DNA of 64,000 nt from Eledone cirrhosa (Eukaryota). The stretch covers positions 32,364,001-32,428,000 of the forward strand of contig OZ024753.1 of the NCBI GenBank assembly GCA_964016885.1, written 5' to 3'. The position numbers and the translations under genes were made by a program. The notes below the pieces were generated by a model. That model was not told where the DNA came from, ran no database searches, and was given only the letters and a program-made list of their open reading frames with translations. Below are positions 13,176-28,815 of the stretch, piece by piece. Positions within the stretch are counted from its first letter, which is position 1, and every line of letters begins with the position of its first letter.

Positions 13176-14308
13176 TTGAGTATTTTCACAATTAAATTAA
13201 ACACATTGGCAGTGTACACCATTAGATATGTGGTATCAAAGCGGTTAATAACCACATTCACCGATAAATATTATTTGAATCTTCAATAAAGACGATTCAA
13301 AACTTCATGTACTTCAAAGTCATTTACAATTAGGTTTTCAATTTTGATATTTCTTATTTGAGATATTCTCAGAATCATTAAATATTTCTTTTAATATATT
13401 CTCGATTTTCATCATGATCTATCTGAACTGAAGAGTCTCTATTATATTCTCCGCAATTAACATATATCTAACATATTGTGAAAGGTTCGATTGGAATACT
13501 ATAGCCACAGGTGTGGATGTTCTTATTTAAGTTGTTAGATTTGGTTAGACCGAGGACAAGTGTTTTCACACAAAAGTCCGATGTTATTCAATTTAACCTT
13601 ACATGCCTGAACGTAGGTAGATCAAGACATTCCAAAGATTCTTTATTCGTGTTTGTGCACACGACTACATTTCTGCTAATGAAACCCCCACGCATATACC
13701 AACTAATCCCTCACACCCACAGGGAGAGACGTATACTATAGATGCATATATTTGTATAACATTAAGTGCAGTACATAGATTTATATATATGGTCACTTTC
13801 GTTGTGATTTACAAAATTCCAAATACTTAGACACGCACAATGCTTTAACTCTGTTAGTGTATGTGTTATATATATGCATGTATGTATAAATATATATATA
13901 CATATCTACATAACATATATATATACATATCTACATAACATATATATATATATACATATCTACATAACATATATAGATATATATATGCACATAATATATA
14001 TATACACATAACATATACATTATATATATACACGTACACATACATAGATACGCATATATGTGTGTGTATGCATACATACACATATATGTGTGCCTGCCTG
14101 CATACATACATGTATATATATATATATAGAGAGAGAGAGATAAATATACACGGGTGTGTATGATTGTGTATAGAAGATTATATTAATAAAAGGAATTCCA
14201 ACTCTGTCTGATTTACTCGTTTTATTTACAATCCTTTAAAATATACATACATATATATATATATATATATACATAACATATATATATATATATATATACA
14301 TAACATAT

Positions 14309-14341
<33 letters not shown>

Positions 14342-14443
14342 CATAACATATATATATAACATATATATAACATAACTTGCATATATATATATACATAACA
14401 TATATATAGATATATACATAACATATATATATATATACATAAC

Positions 14444-14474
<31 letters not shown>

Positions 14475-14515
14475 ACATATATATATATATATATATACAT
14501 AACACATATTTATAC
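13170..14515 (-). repeat. Inverted duplicate of 8085-9899
   Basis: Reverse-complement match; junction microhomology caatat. Confidence 0.92.
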
Positions 14516-14602
<87 letters not shown>

Positions 14603-14825
14603 GGAAATCAGTAAAATCGAATCTCTGGCGGTTTGCAAGTGAATTCGGTCTACTTATATGAAATGATGAGTTAGCAAAGCACTCGATAAGATAGGTCCTT
14701 AGAGTAATAACATACATTTAAAAAGCTTGACAAATCTAACATTGTGGTAGGCTAAACTAACACACAATATGTATACCAGAGCAACGATAGCACTAATCAG
14801 GTTGAGAAAAAGTACACCTGGACAA

Positions 14826-16741
<1,916 letters not shown>

Positions 16742-17306
16742 GTAACAATGGCGGTGATTTCGGTGAATCAAGTAACCAGATATGCTGGCAAGCCGTACCA
16801 TGTCATAAATTTTACTGATATTACGTAAAATTAATATACAGAAATAGATCGAATTATCACAGCCATGTGCTTAACTATGTTACTAGGAGGCTCGTGCCGC
16901 CAATTCTGATGGCAATAGCGTTGAACATATTTTGGGAGTCCGGGATTGGTATGACATGTATAACCGGTTTACTAGATATATGATCAATAATGTAACCAGG
17001 GAAATTTGAATATGAGAAATTAATAGTTTATATAAGAGAAAATGTGTGTTGAATCCTGTCAAGGAGACGTTAATGGTATTTTAGTAATACTTTTTAAAAA
17101 TATATTGCAAAAATATTGAAGTTTTCTTGGAGAAAAAATAAATATGGGATTAGAAGAGTGCTCTGTGATTTGAAAATGCACTCAGCCACACGACTGAGGT
17201 AAGAAATATGTTGCGTGTTTGTGTTAAGAGTTATACACACATCCCACAAGACACACACACTCACACACACACACCTACACACACACAGACACACACAGAC
17301 ACACAG

Positions 17307-17362
<56 letters not shown>

Positions 17363-17729
17363 CTACACAAGCCACATAGGGCGTATTGTTGTGGTTGGTT
17401 TCCTCATAAGAAGCTATTTTCGATAGAGATTTAAACTTCCGTGAGGAGATTAGACCAACTGACACAGGTTTTGCGCCAAGACACTGTGTACCAATTCTTT
17501 TACTTAGCATCATATGAACTATATTTCAGACCCCCTTGCTAGCTGCGAAGAATATATTATTGTGTTTCTTTCACTTCTGTATAAATACACTTCTGTGTGT
17601 GTATATCCATTTATCTCTCTTAACTCTCTCGCTCGCTAGCGCGTTCTTCAAACACACGGGCATATGTGTGTATGTGTATATATATATATATATATATATA
17701 GATTGAGCTAGATAGATAAAGATAGATAA

Positions 17730-17813
<84 letters not shown>

Positions 17814-17984
17814 ATATATAGCTCAATCCCTCTTATACTCACTCGCTCTCTTTCTCTCTATGTGTTTCTATTATGAAAGAATGAGCACCCTCATTATGTA
17901 AATTATATATATATATACATATATATATATTTTTTTTTATATATTGTGTGTGTGTGTGTGTATGGTGGCATGTGAACATGTTGA

Positions 17985-18153
17985 TTGACAGTATCGGTAG
18001 AGGGTTTGGACGGCATGCTTTGCACCATAAGGTCTGTGTTCAAATTCAGCCGAGGTTAACTTTGCCTTTCATCCTTACGGGGTCAATAACATAAAGTACC
18101 AGTAATGTACTGGGATAATTACTGGCCTTGTGCCAAAGTAGAAGCAATTATTT
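17985..18153 (+). mobile_element. tRNA-derived SINE, second family
   Basis: gttcaaattc B box, gcctttcatccttacggggtcaataa, ctggccttgtgcc tail. Confidence 0.8.
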
Positions 18154-19137
18154 TAGAAATTCTTTGCCCGATGTCTAAGCTTGAACGTTTCAATATCAAA
18201 TTCAAGAATGCCTGTAATAACATCACAACTTCCTTAAATATAGAGTACTATGGTGAATAATGATCGTGCTGGTCTCAACTGGTAACATCCGAACCATCTG
18301 TTTATATATATATATACATGCATGTGTAGATACACGCATGTGTAGATACACGTATGTGTGTGATTTATCATTGTTATATTCCTACTACCTCAACGTTGCT
18401 TCACTTTCCCCCTCAATACAAAAAGTCGTAATAACTAGGAAAATAGTAATTTAACAGTCAGTCAACTGTATCATTATATAGTTTTTTTGGTAAAACTATC
18501 CCCTCAGCTAACAATGTTTCTAGACGGCATTCTTTGTTTTTAAACAATTTTCTATTTGCTCAACACAGTAGTGGATCGCTGTTGTTGCTATTTTATGTTT
18601 TGTTTGTTATTATTTTAATTAGAAAAAGAAAAAAGGCATTTGTTAACGTCCAAATGGCATTTCAATTTAAGAAATATTTAAAAGCAATCTTCCTATCAAG
18701 AAGTATTTATGCTTGCTTTTAGTTGGACAAAAGCGACGTTTACAGCAGCTGTTCGTATTGTCTATCAAAGAATTACGTAAGATAATACTGATTGCTGTAT
18801 CACCCTCAGAGATATTTAAATAAGACGTGATAGGATTACAAAATGTTGCGAAACTCCAATTGCATATGTGGTAAAGAAAAGGTTAATGGTAGTAGAATCA
18901 GTAGAAGCGAATTGTATTTCTTAGAAAACATAAGAAGTCGAAGTAATTTCAAGAGAAAAAAAAAAAAATCAATTCGATGTATTGCGATAGACAGCTTGGT
19001 AGTTTAGTTAGTTATTCCATATCTATAATGGTATTGAGAAATGGATTGACCAAGCACACACACATACATATAACACACACTTTCATCTACCAGTTCCTTG
19101 TTCTCGATTGAAACTCTGTAGCTTATTATATTTGATA

Positions 19138-19240
19138 GCAATAATAATAATAATTAATAATGAAAATAGTGTGTACAGTGCTCAGGTGCAATACAACTCA
19201 TCAAAAAGTGTATGTATAGTACATAGGGTAATGTACAACC
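19138..19240 (-). mobile_element. Probable LINE 3' end with (TTA)n tail
   Basis: (ata)n run followed by tgtacagtgctcaggtgcaatacaactc; family assignment by recollection only. Confidence 0.35.
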
Positions 19241-19280
19241 GTACACACACACCCACATATACATACATACATACATACAT

Positions 19281-19891
19281 GGTGGCTGCCAACTCGTTTT
19301 CGAGTACGGTCACTACTTTACATCCATGTAGGAGAACCCCTACCGATGCGCTGAACGAGTGTGACTTTTTAGTCCAGCCAGCGACTTGAAAACTCTGGTA
19401 CAAACACTACACTTGTGACAATTATTGACACATAGTGCTGGGCCCATGGTACCATGTGACGATAAGTGCAGAGATCTCCAGACATAAAGCAATGCCTGTC
19501 AGGTCACCAGTTGGTGCTACTGGTAACATGTATCCCAGTACAACCTGTCTCATGGTCGGGTTGTTGGCGACTAAACTGGCAACCCCACCAAGGTTTCTTG
19601 GTGAGGAGGGTGACTTTGGGCATCCTGCAGGACTAAAAACAAAACCTGTCAAAGGTCATAGGAGCTCTTAAGAGTCAATGGCCATCCAAAATCACCGGGA
19701 GAGATGACCCCTTAGCCTTTGTCAAGGCAGAATTCTAGGAGAAGGAAAACTCTGATATAACACCTGCAACTCTGATGGTATCCAATGATGTTGACTTGTT
19801 CTTCTTTTTGGTAAATATCATCTTGTTTAAGAGAGTGGGACTGGCTTTGTGCAGTGCCTTTGCTCACTATAAAAGCTTCACGGCACAGGCA
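19281..19891 (-). mobile_element. RTE-derived non-autonomous retroelement with 5' inversion
   Basis: Minus strand encodes [23 protein letters not shown] (RTE-type C-terminal C2H2 motif) then an (ATGT)n tail; 19500-19891 is inverted relative to the colinear copy at 51788-52191. Confidence 0.8.
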
Positions 19892-19933
19892 ATACATACA
19901 TACATACATACATACATACATACATACATACAT

Positions 19934-19982
<49 letters not shown>

Positions 19983-19986
<4 letters not shown>

Positions 19987-20160
19987 TGAGACTTAGGACT
20001 CGGTGGCTGAGATCTTGCCATTTTGACAGCAAATTCTAGACTGTCGAAACGGCAAGAGTTCGATTGTCGGGCACACACTCTCTTTTATATTTACAATATC
20101 ATCCTTGTATCGAGCAGTCTGCTGTATAATGGTCATACTAGTTTAAAACTGATTAATCCT
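19983..20160 (+). mobile_element. Imperfect hairpin element in (TA)n, related to 33722-33940
   Basis: Shared ctgagatcttgcc and gaaacggcaagag.tc motifs; self-complementary. Confidence 0.5.
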
Positions 20161-20214
20161 GATATATATATATATATATATGTATATGAGATCTTGTTAT
20201 TTTAGAGAAGGTAG

Positions 20215-20331
20215 CAACGTGAAATGGAGTATTTTATTCAAGAACACCACGAGCCACGCAGTCCAGGAATGGAATACTTAACATTATGTTCTTGAGTTCT
20301 ACGCCCTAACCATTAGACTACACGCCTTCAC
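20215..20331 (-). mobile_element. Degenerate CORE-like SINE
   Basis: agcaacgtgaaat...caagaacac...ccaggaat...acacgccttcac is the reverse complement of the 4670 family head. Confidence 0.7.
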
Positions 20332-20539
20332 ATATATTCTAAACACCAGCTTAATAACGAGAATGATAGTTATATTATTAAATCCTGCATTAAAAAATAT
20401 ATACTTTTAAATTCAAAATATTTTGACAATTATAGTATGTGTATTTAATCAGAAATATTAAACGTTTTTATAGTAACCCAAAATGTTTTCACTCCTTGAT
20501 TAGATGCTGTTTTTTTCCATCGAATAAATACCGTTGACA

Positions 20540-20990
20540 ATGTTTGCTGTTGTTTTGTTATCGCATTTGTTGTTATCGTTGTTGTATTGTGTGTGTGTTA
20601 TTGGTGGATGTTATTGTTATTGTTATTGTTTTGTTGTTTTCTTTTTGCTGCTGTTGCTGTTATTAGAACCATTACTTTTGTCATAGTAGTTATTATGTTG
20701 TTACTGAAGTATTGGTTGTTGTTGCCGCTGTTGGTGTTCCATTTATGTTGTCATTGATGTTCGTATTGCTGTCGATGCTAATGTTGCCACTCTTGTTATT
20801 GTTGTTATTTTTGTTGTTTTTGTGATTTGATTATAGTTGCTATGATGGTGATGGCGGTGTTGCAAAAGTTATTACTCTCAATGATTTCGTTAGTAATATC
20901 GTTGGGTTTTTTTCATCACCGTTGTTGTTGCTGATATTTTTGTTGTTATTGTTGTTGTTCACTGTGGCTGGTTTTGTAGTTGCTGTTCTT
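20540..20990. repeat. Degenerate (GTT)n low-complexity tract
   Basis: Direct inspection. Confidence 0.85.
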
Positions 20991-21284
20991 TATGCTTCTA
21001 ATATAAATCAAAAACTCTAAAGGAATCGTACTGTTATAAGAAAATAATGAATGTTGACATTATAAGGATGTTATTACATGTCTGGAAGAGTTCCAATGAA
21101 TATCAGTTTCTGCCTTTAAATATGTCACTACATTTTAGAATCTTATAGATGTTTTTTTGGCGTTGCTGATGTTGTTGTCGTTGCTATTTAGCCCTAGGTT
21201 AGCCCGGATTGGGCTATCTTGAAATCAAAGTAATTCCAGCCGTGACCATTCCGCTTATTTCCTTTTTGCTGAGAAACCAGAACT

Positions 21285-21980
21285 ACATTAACCTTGATAC
21301 TAAATCACCACTAAAAAGCTGTATATTTTAAAGTGTTTATATTTATCTAAAAACGTTCAATCATAATTTTATTTAAGAAACTTTGTTATATTCAAAACAC
21401 CAGCTTAACCCTTTTTATTCCAAACAACCAGAAACTAATCCTCGTTCTACAAAGCTGTTTATTTTAAAGACTTTAACCATATGTTCATGTGATTCTCTTT
21501 AAATCACATTACAGAGACCAGCCTAACCCATTTTATTCCATCCTGCTAGAAACCGCACCCGCTTCTACGATACAAAGCTGCTTGATTTAAAGTGCTTATA
21601 TTTATCAGAAACCTATCCGTCAAAATTTATGTATGACCGTTTAATAAACTGTGCTCTAAACTTGAGCTTAATAAAGAGTAAATATTTCCATAACTTCTTC
21701 CAAATACTTGATTATTTTCAAAATTATTCGAAATTATTCGAAATTTCATTAGTAATATGGTGACGAAATTGTTAAAGTGATTACATTTATCTAAAACCTT
21801 TCCATCATAATTCAATATAGGAACCTTTGTTTAGTTAGGTTTCAAAAACCTCAGCTTAATAATAAGAATGTTACTTATATAACATAAGTCCTTCTGTATT
21901 CTTGATTATTTGAAAAATTATTCGAAAATAATAGACAATGGTTTACATTAGAAGTATGGTAACGGAGTGTTTAAACAATG
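21285..21980 (+). mobile_element. Cluster of decayed repeat units with TTAA-CCC starts (possibly piggyBac-type MITE family)
   Basis: Recurrent ttaaccc..ttattcca...caaagctg..t.tttaaag...aaacaccagcttaa; related fragments at 20335-20430, 26700-26835 (ends gggttaa) and 26990-27180. Confidence 0.4.
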
Positions 21981-22554
21981 TGTTCTTTCTTAAGAATAAG
22001 TGTAAGGAATCTTAGCTGATATTTCGAGTAACAACTTATCTATTTAGCAACACACGATGACAAATGTATCACAAATGTATCCAGTTATATTTATATTATT
22101 TTTGTATTATTACATTGATTATTTGAAAGTTATCATGCACATTTACATGCTATCCAACACCATGTTTATGAAAAAAAACGGGTGAAATTTTGATGGGTAG
22201 TTGGCTGGCTGGTTAGTTGCTTGGGAATGAAATGACGGTGGAAATCATTAAAAACTCATCATTGAAATAAAATAAACATGACAGATGAAATGGGAAGAGA
22301 ATGTAACGAAGGGGAAGGTAAATAAGATTTTAGAGAATTGAGGTTCAATGGGAATGATAATGGAATAGAGATAATTATATAAATTGCTAAAGTGCATATT
22401 AATACTCTATGGTATGTGATACAGAGGGTAAAGTATAATAGCAGTGAATTTATTAATAACAAGAAATGGAGAGAGACGGTGTGAGAGGGTAATTGGGAAA
22501 GAGACATAATTGAAAGAGAGATTATTTTACATCGTTTTCTAATTCCTAGAGACA

Positions 22555-22796
<242 letters not shown>

Positions 22797-23211
22797 GACT
22801 CATAGAGAAAGAGATAGAGACGGGCGGAAGCATAATTGACATACTGAGAGACAGAGAGAGAATACTGAGAGACAGAGAGAGAATAAGACATTATTCACAG
22901 AGAGAAGAGGAGAGGATATAGAAAGTGTTTGCATATTCTTTGTGGTTTGAGATAAGCAGAGAGGAACGTGGCAGGAAGTTAGATATCGGTATAAATTCAG
23001 GAAACTTAGTATCCAACGAAACCATATTAATTTCAGAAGAATTACTACGGAGAGCCGGACAGACATTTTTCCAAATAGATGATAGCTTTGCAATATTTCT
23101 CTTTTATATTTTTCATCGTGAATAAAGAGAAAGTGAGGAGGAAATTTCGTTCTGATATAAGGTCTCGAATCTGCGTTCATGTGACATTGATTAAACATGA
23201 ACTCCGCAGTC

Positions 23212-23264
<53 letters not shown>

Positions 23265-23269
<5 letters not shown>

Positions 23270-23404
23270 TAAGTCCAAAGAATCATTAGATAAAATATCT
23301 ACAGTATTTCCTCTCCCAATCAATATGAATTAACCACACAAACGCCAAACGCATATATGTATCTGTGACTTTGTCTAATTTATATATATATACCCTTTGA
23401 ATGT

Positions 23405-23436
<32 letters not shown>

Positions 23437-23575
23437 TAAGTCCAAAGAATCATTAGATAAAATATATACAGTTTTTCCTCTCCCAATCAATATAAATTAA
23501 CCACACAAACGCCAAACGCATATATGTATCTGTGACTTTGTCTAATTTATATATATATACCCGTTGAATGTTATA
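23265..23575. repeat. Tandem duplication of a ~167 bp unit separated by (TA)n
   Basis: aaatataagtccaaagaatcattag...tgaatgttata at 23265 and 23432. Confidence 0.9.
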
Positions 23576-23585
23576 TATATATATA

Positions 23586-24171
23586 TTGTAAATTAATTTT
23601 GATTTATTTTGAAAAATTGGTTGAATTTTACTTGTTCTGCTTATCTTCATATTAAGTTCTGGTATATCAAATTATTACCATCGAACCACCTTGAATCATA
23701 GACAGCCATGTATTTCTGGGGGTACATTGTACCCTCAGATATATTAACCTTACACTTTATTCTCCGATTATGTAAAGAAAAAATTCTGTCGTTCTATCTA
23801 GCTGCTAAAAATTTATTTTTTTGGTAGCGAACATAGACAACAAGTCTACGATTTCCCGCCTTCACTATACACCAACGTATTTATGGGTCACTTTCACGAC
23901 CTTTCAGACCTGTATTAGTTGGAGTGAGGTCATATATTTTATCGTTCCTGGGGTTTTTAACCCTAGGAAAGGAAAATGCTTCTCTGATGATCTTTGCTTT
24001 TCCATTAATATCCATGTGATATCTCATGTTTTGCAAAATGAAACTGTACAGTAAGAGCTGCCCGAATAGGTAAATATTTATATTATATTTTTTAATTTTG
24101 ATTAATTTTAATTGTAAATTAATTTTGATTTATTTTGAAAAATTGGTTGAATTTTACTTGTTCTGCTTATC

Positions 24172-24176
<5 letters not shown>
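23586..24176 (+). mobile_element. Terminally redundant 526 bp unit containing a hammerhead (pLTR/retrozyme-like)
   Basis: 65 bp identical direct repeats 23586-23650 / 24112-24176; TA tracts on both sides. Confidence 0.75.
23978..24058 (+). ncRNA. Type-I hammerhead ribozyme
   Basis: gcttct-CTGATGA-tctttgc...gcaaaat-GAAA-c-tgtaca-g-TA-agagc; palindromic ACTGTACAGT stem-loop III; predicted cleavage after 24053. Confidence 0.78.
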
Positions 24177-24225
<49 letters not shown>

Positions 24226-24229
24226 CATA

Positions 24230-24490
24230 CAGTGGAACTTCGGTTAACGAACTTACTTCTTTCCTGAAGGCCGTGCATCACCCGAATGTTCGTAAGCCGA
24301 CATTATTATTTCCAGACGAAATGTTAAGAGAGAAAATCACCGAGTGAGTGTGTGTGAAATTCAGATAGACGCCTCCGTATTAACTTACACAGCAAATGAC
24401 ACTTTCCCGCAGGTACTCCAACCTTATTGCCAACTGTTCCGTTGTTGCCGGCTTGCGTGTTCATTACTCGAGACACTCTTCGTGAACCGA
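24230..24490 (+). mobile_element. pogo/Tigger-type DNA transposon end fragment
   Basis: TA followed by CAGTGGAACTTCGGTTAACGAAC, typical of Tigger-like TIRs; no partner TIR seen. Confidence 0.5.
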
Positions 24491-24491
24491 T

Positions 24492-24582
<91 letters not shown>

Positions 24583-24729
24583 ATTCATCTATCTATCTCT
24601 CTCTCTATATATATATAATATTAAATCCAGGGCCTTTTCACTCCCACCGTTCTTGGTTTTGGTCATGTCAAGGGTGTAGCTGCACTCACCACGCTTGGCC
24701 AATTGTGGGTTGGTGAGGCTATTTAACCC

Positions 24730-24858
24730 ATAGCTGGCTAAACTCATTTCTACAGATGAGTGAACTAGAGCAACATGAAATAAAGTGTTTTGCTCAAGAA
24801 CACAACGCAAATCCCGGTCCGAGAATCCAACTCACGGCCTCAGGATTATAAGCCCGAC
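24730..24858 (-). mobile_element. CORE-like SINE fragment
   Basis: gagcaacatgaaataaagtgttttgctcaagaacacaacgc. Confidence 0.75.
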
Positions 24859-25544
24859 GTATATTATAATTTGTTGTTGTACTCTACTACATAATTTTAT
24901 CCATACTTTATGGCTTTGAGGCAAAACATAACATTGCACCAGTATATCGCATAAAAGGATCAACGTAAAATGTTTAAACTTTAATGAATATACTCTTCAA
25001 GTGTCTGGAAAACAGACTTACGTCGCCATCATTCTATACTACATAATAACGTTTAAATAATTGTAATTTAAATGGTATCAAATCATTTATTTCAAAATTT
25101 GTTTACTTTGTCTCAATAAATATACCGTTCTCCTTTGAATCAGAATATTTTGTTTTTGTTTAGATTTCAACGTATCTCCTGGTATATCAGTAATGATCTC
25201 GAAAAATGTTTAGGCTAAACACATTAACTCGCCGATAATCCAACTAATTCAATATCTCACAGTTTATGTTATGTTTCAATCTTTCTTCAGTATCTTTTTG
25301 TTTTAATCAGTTAAATACTAGTTTGTCTAGTTTTCTTATCTTTAGAATTATCTCTCGCAGTGATTCTAGAAGTTATATACAGTTCTATCATATGCATAGT
25401 TATATTATATCTACAATCGTCAGTATGCAGTTCCAAAACAAATCTATATTTCACATCAGTTATAAGATAAAGTGTAGACGTTAGAAGTTATATGCAATTA
25501 GTTCCATCAAATGCCTGTTTTTCATGTTAGTTGATGTAGATTTC

Positions 25545-25650
25545 TTCCGGTGAGTTGGCAAATGCGTTGGAACTACGTATAGAATGCTTTTCGGTCTTCC
25601 TTGGGTACTCTGCACTTTGAGTTCAAATCTCACTGAGGTCAACTTTGTCT
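25545..25650 (+). mobile_element. SINE head fragment, second family
   Basis: ggtgagttggca...gagttcaaatctcactgaggtcaactttg. Confidence 0.65.
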
Positions 25651-27794
25651 GGGTCCGATTCCTCCTCTATATCTCCTTCTTACTTCCTCTTTCTCTTTTT
25701 ATGTATGATATCGGTTACTTAGATCTGGAGAGGAGATGGGCCCCACCAGGTTTAAAACGACCAAGAAACGCCGTATCTCATTACGGTGCCGCTACGATCC
25801 ACTTGGAGTCTGAAAAAAATGTATACATATTTCCATGCTCAATTTTCATTTTAGTTAATGTACAATTATAACAAATAGAGAGTTCATTTTAGTTATGTAA
25901 AATTCTAGTCGTACGACAGGCTTTCTTTTCACATTAATTAATATGCAGTTCTAAATTACACATTTATTTCAGGTTATTTATACAAAGTTCTAAGATATAT
26001 CTGCCTGCAGCTCATACAATTCATACATGTTGACATTTAACATTAGTTAACATGCAGCTGCAAAATATATCTACATTTCATATACATTATGGTAATGTTT
26101 AAAATAAATCTATGTAATGTTTATAGAAATGTTATGCACACTCCATATCCCTAATTTTCATATTAGATAAAAGTGGGTCCAAAGTATATTTACATTTCAT
26201 ATGAACCATATAAATTGCTAAAATATATTTACGTTTCTCACACAATGACTGTCTAATCTATATCTCTCCACATTTCTATCGCTGAATGTTTCTCACTTCT
26301 TCTCTATATGGCTACATGTCTGCCCTCTCCCTATTTCCCTTTCCTTGTACTGCTTCCTGCACTCTGACTTCGTATGTCGTTCTCAATCCCCTCTCTCTCT
26401 ATCACAATATCTCTACGAGGTTCCTCTTCCCCTCTCTATATCTAGTCCTCTACATCCCAAGCTCCAACCAAATATTATACATTTGCTAGGAGTTCATCGT
26501 TTGCACTCTTTCGATATCAAATCCCATGAAACCCTCCCTGATTTTGCAATACAATATTACATTTTTCCTCACATTTTCTCTTCCTGTTTTATTTTATTTC
26601 AATTCATTTTGTGTAATACTTTCACCATCGTATAAACAACCATGTAATAACAGTTTATAAAGTTATTATATTCATTTCAAACCCTTGCATCATATTTTAT
26701 TTTACAATAAAGGATTTAAGTTATTTTCCAAACACGAGCTTATATATTACTGAATGCCTTCAACTACACGTTCTTGATTATTTTCAAATTTAAGCAGAAA
26801 TCATAAAACAATCTTCCCCCGTAGTGAAAGGGTTAAGGGGAGGCATGTGATGTCTAGATATATTTCTAAAACTGCTTAGAAAGCCCCCCCCCCCACTCCG
26901 CACATCATTCGAGACTAGTCAGGAGCTATACACACATTATTATTTGAGTTTGATTCTCATGTATTCCAACTGGGTTCATTGCTTAGACTTACAACCCTTT
27001 TGATACCAAACCCCCTGAAACTGCTGGTAATTTCACAGTATTTATAGTTATCTAAAAACTGTCCATCATAATTATATGCTCCAAACATCCAGCTTAATAA
27101 TGAGTAAATTAGTTACATTACCAAATCCTTACAAATTCTTGATTAATTTCTAAATGAAATTCACAGGCAATGTATTTCGGGAGATCGAAAGTACGTTAGC
27201 TGGCTGGAAATAGCATGAGGTGAAAGCTACTGTGATGTACAGCTGTCACTGTTCCAGCTGATTGTGTGTGTGTGTACCGTCGCAAATATTTCTGTATATA
27301 TGTCTCTGAACCGTCTATTCTTTGAGGCGCTATTCCACTGTTATTTGACAACCAGGCTGCTAAAATAAACACACCAAGTCTAGCAGCACCTCACTAATAC
27401 TAACACCGCCCCCACTGCACGCGTTTTCATTTTTTATAGTACTACTCACTGAAAGCCTGTATATATGCATATACACATACATATATAAAACACACACACA
27501 CACACTTTCTCTCTCTCTATGCTTATGCGGATTTTATGCTGGTTTAAACTGGAACTCAAGTAGTGGATATGTATATGTTTAGATTATAAAAACTAAAACA
27601 CGTGCTGCAAGCATCTGGGCATGCTCGGCCTACTATAAATAGCAGGCAAGTCCTATCATCTTATAACCATTTGTCTGCTCAAATCATTCAGAACTGGGGC
27701 TTACAACAACAAAATAGCCATAGTAGTTCACAGAAACCTATTTTTTGGTGTGTGCATATATATGTAATTTATATATGGCTGTGTGTGTACGAAA

Positions 27795-27960
27795 TGTAAA
27801 CAGAAACAACAAAGTAGGCAATACAGAATAATGAAGAAATATATTTGTTTAACGCTTCATATAGTAGGAAAAGAGTCTTCACTTTTCGAACATAAGTCCT
27901 TCATCAGAAGATAGAATGAGGGATAAAAAATGAGAGGAGGAAGGAACAGGAAAGTGTTTT
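27795..27960 (-). mobile_element. Penelope-like 3' fragment with degenerate hammerhead core
   Basis: Minus strand tctt-ctgatga-aggacttatgttc-gaaa-agtgaagac at 27911-27875. Confidence 0.45.
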
Positions 27961-28209
27961 GGGAGAAAAATCACGTGGGTGGGGGGTAGAATTAAAAAGA
28001 GAATGCGGATTAGAATAAAATTACAATTATTGTGGATGAACACGTCGTTAGTGATACAAGTATTGTTGCTGGATTCGTTGTTTGTTAACGCTTTCGGATC
28101 TAAAACCTGTCTTCGAACTTGATAATTTTAGCAATGCAAATCCATTACCAGGCATCTTTGTTAGATGACTGTCCACTGAGATTTCAACAATTTGAGGCCT
28201 TCCTGCACA

Positions 28210-28238
<29 letters not shown>

Positions 28239-28241
<3 letters not shown>

Positions 28242-28421
28242 TTATTAAAATAACAGATTAAAGTTTAAGCAAAGAATCCCGTTAAGGGTGAAAGCAGCGA
28301 TTCTTTGCTTAAACTTTAATCTGTTATTTTAATAAATATTTGCTCTACGGTTCTTATATATTTGATATATATTTTCCTTATCGAGCCCTCTTTGGATTTT
28401 AGTCTTCAATTTTATTATTAT

Positions 28422-28464
<43 letters not shown>

Positions 28465-28550
28465 TTATTAAAATAACAGATTAAAGTTTAAGCAAAGAAT
28501 CGCTGCTTATCAAGCCCTCTTTGGATTTTAGTCTTCAAATTTATTATTAT

Positions 28551-28556
<6 letters not shown>
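28239..28556 (+). mobile_element. Two further family A fragments, each with a short inverted 5' arm
   Basis: Match to 3100-3249; leading tttattaaaataacagattaaagtttaagcaaagaatc is the reverse complement of internal sequence. Confidence 0.75.
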
Positions 28557-28588
<32 letters not shown>

Positions 28589-28748
28589 ATTAAAATACTG
28601 GAGCGTGTTGGAGTTAAACACCCTCTTCGTATTATAGAAATGACAGTAAAAGGTATAGCTCAATGTAATTAAACAGAGCCGAAGAATTATGAAAATAAAA
28701 CAAAGAAGCCTTCAATACATCAAAAGTCTTTATTAGCCAACAATGTAT

Positions 28749-28815
<67 letters not shown>

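Noticed and set aside
9328-13741. Two near-identical 76 aa ORFs (MWMFLFKLL...) on opposite strands
   Set aside because: By-product of the inverted duplication; GTG start, no recognisable domain or splice context
14600-14825. atgatgag...ctcgataagataggtc hammerhead-like string in a TA-flanked insert
   Set aside because: Two core mismatches and no convincing stems I/III
19500-19590. Possible HDV-like ribozyme at the 5' end of the RTE-derived element
   Set aside because: Hairpins are present (accagt/actggt, acaacctg/cgggttgt) but I could not build the nested double pseudoknot by eye; needs a descriptor search
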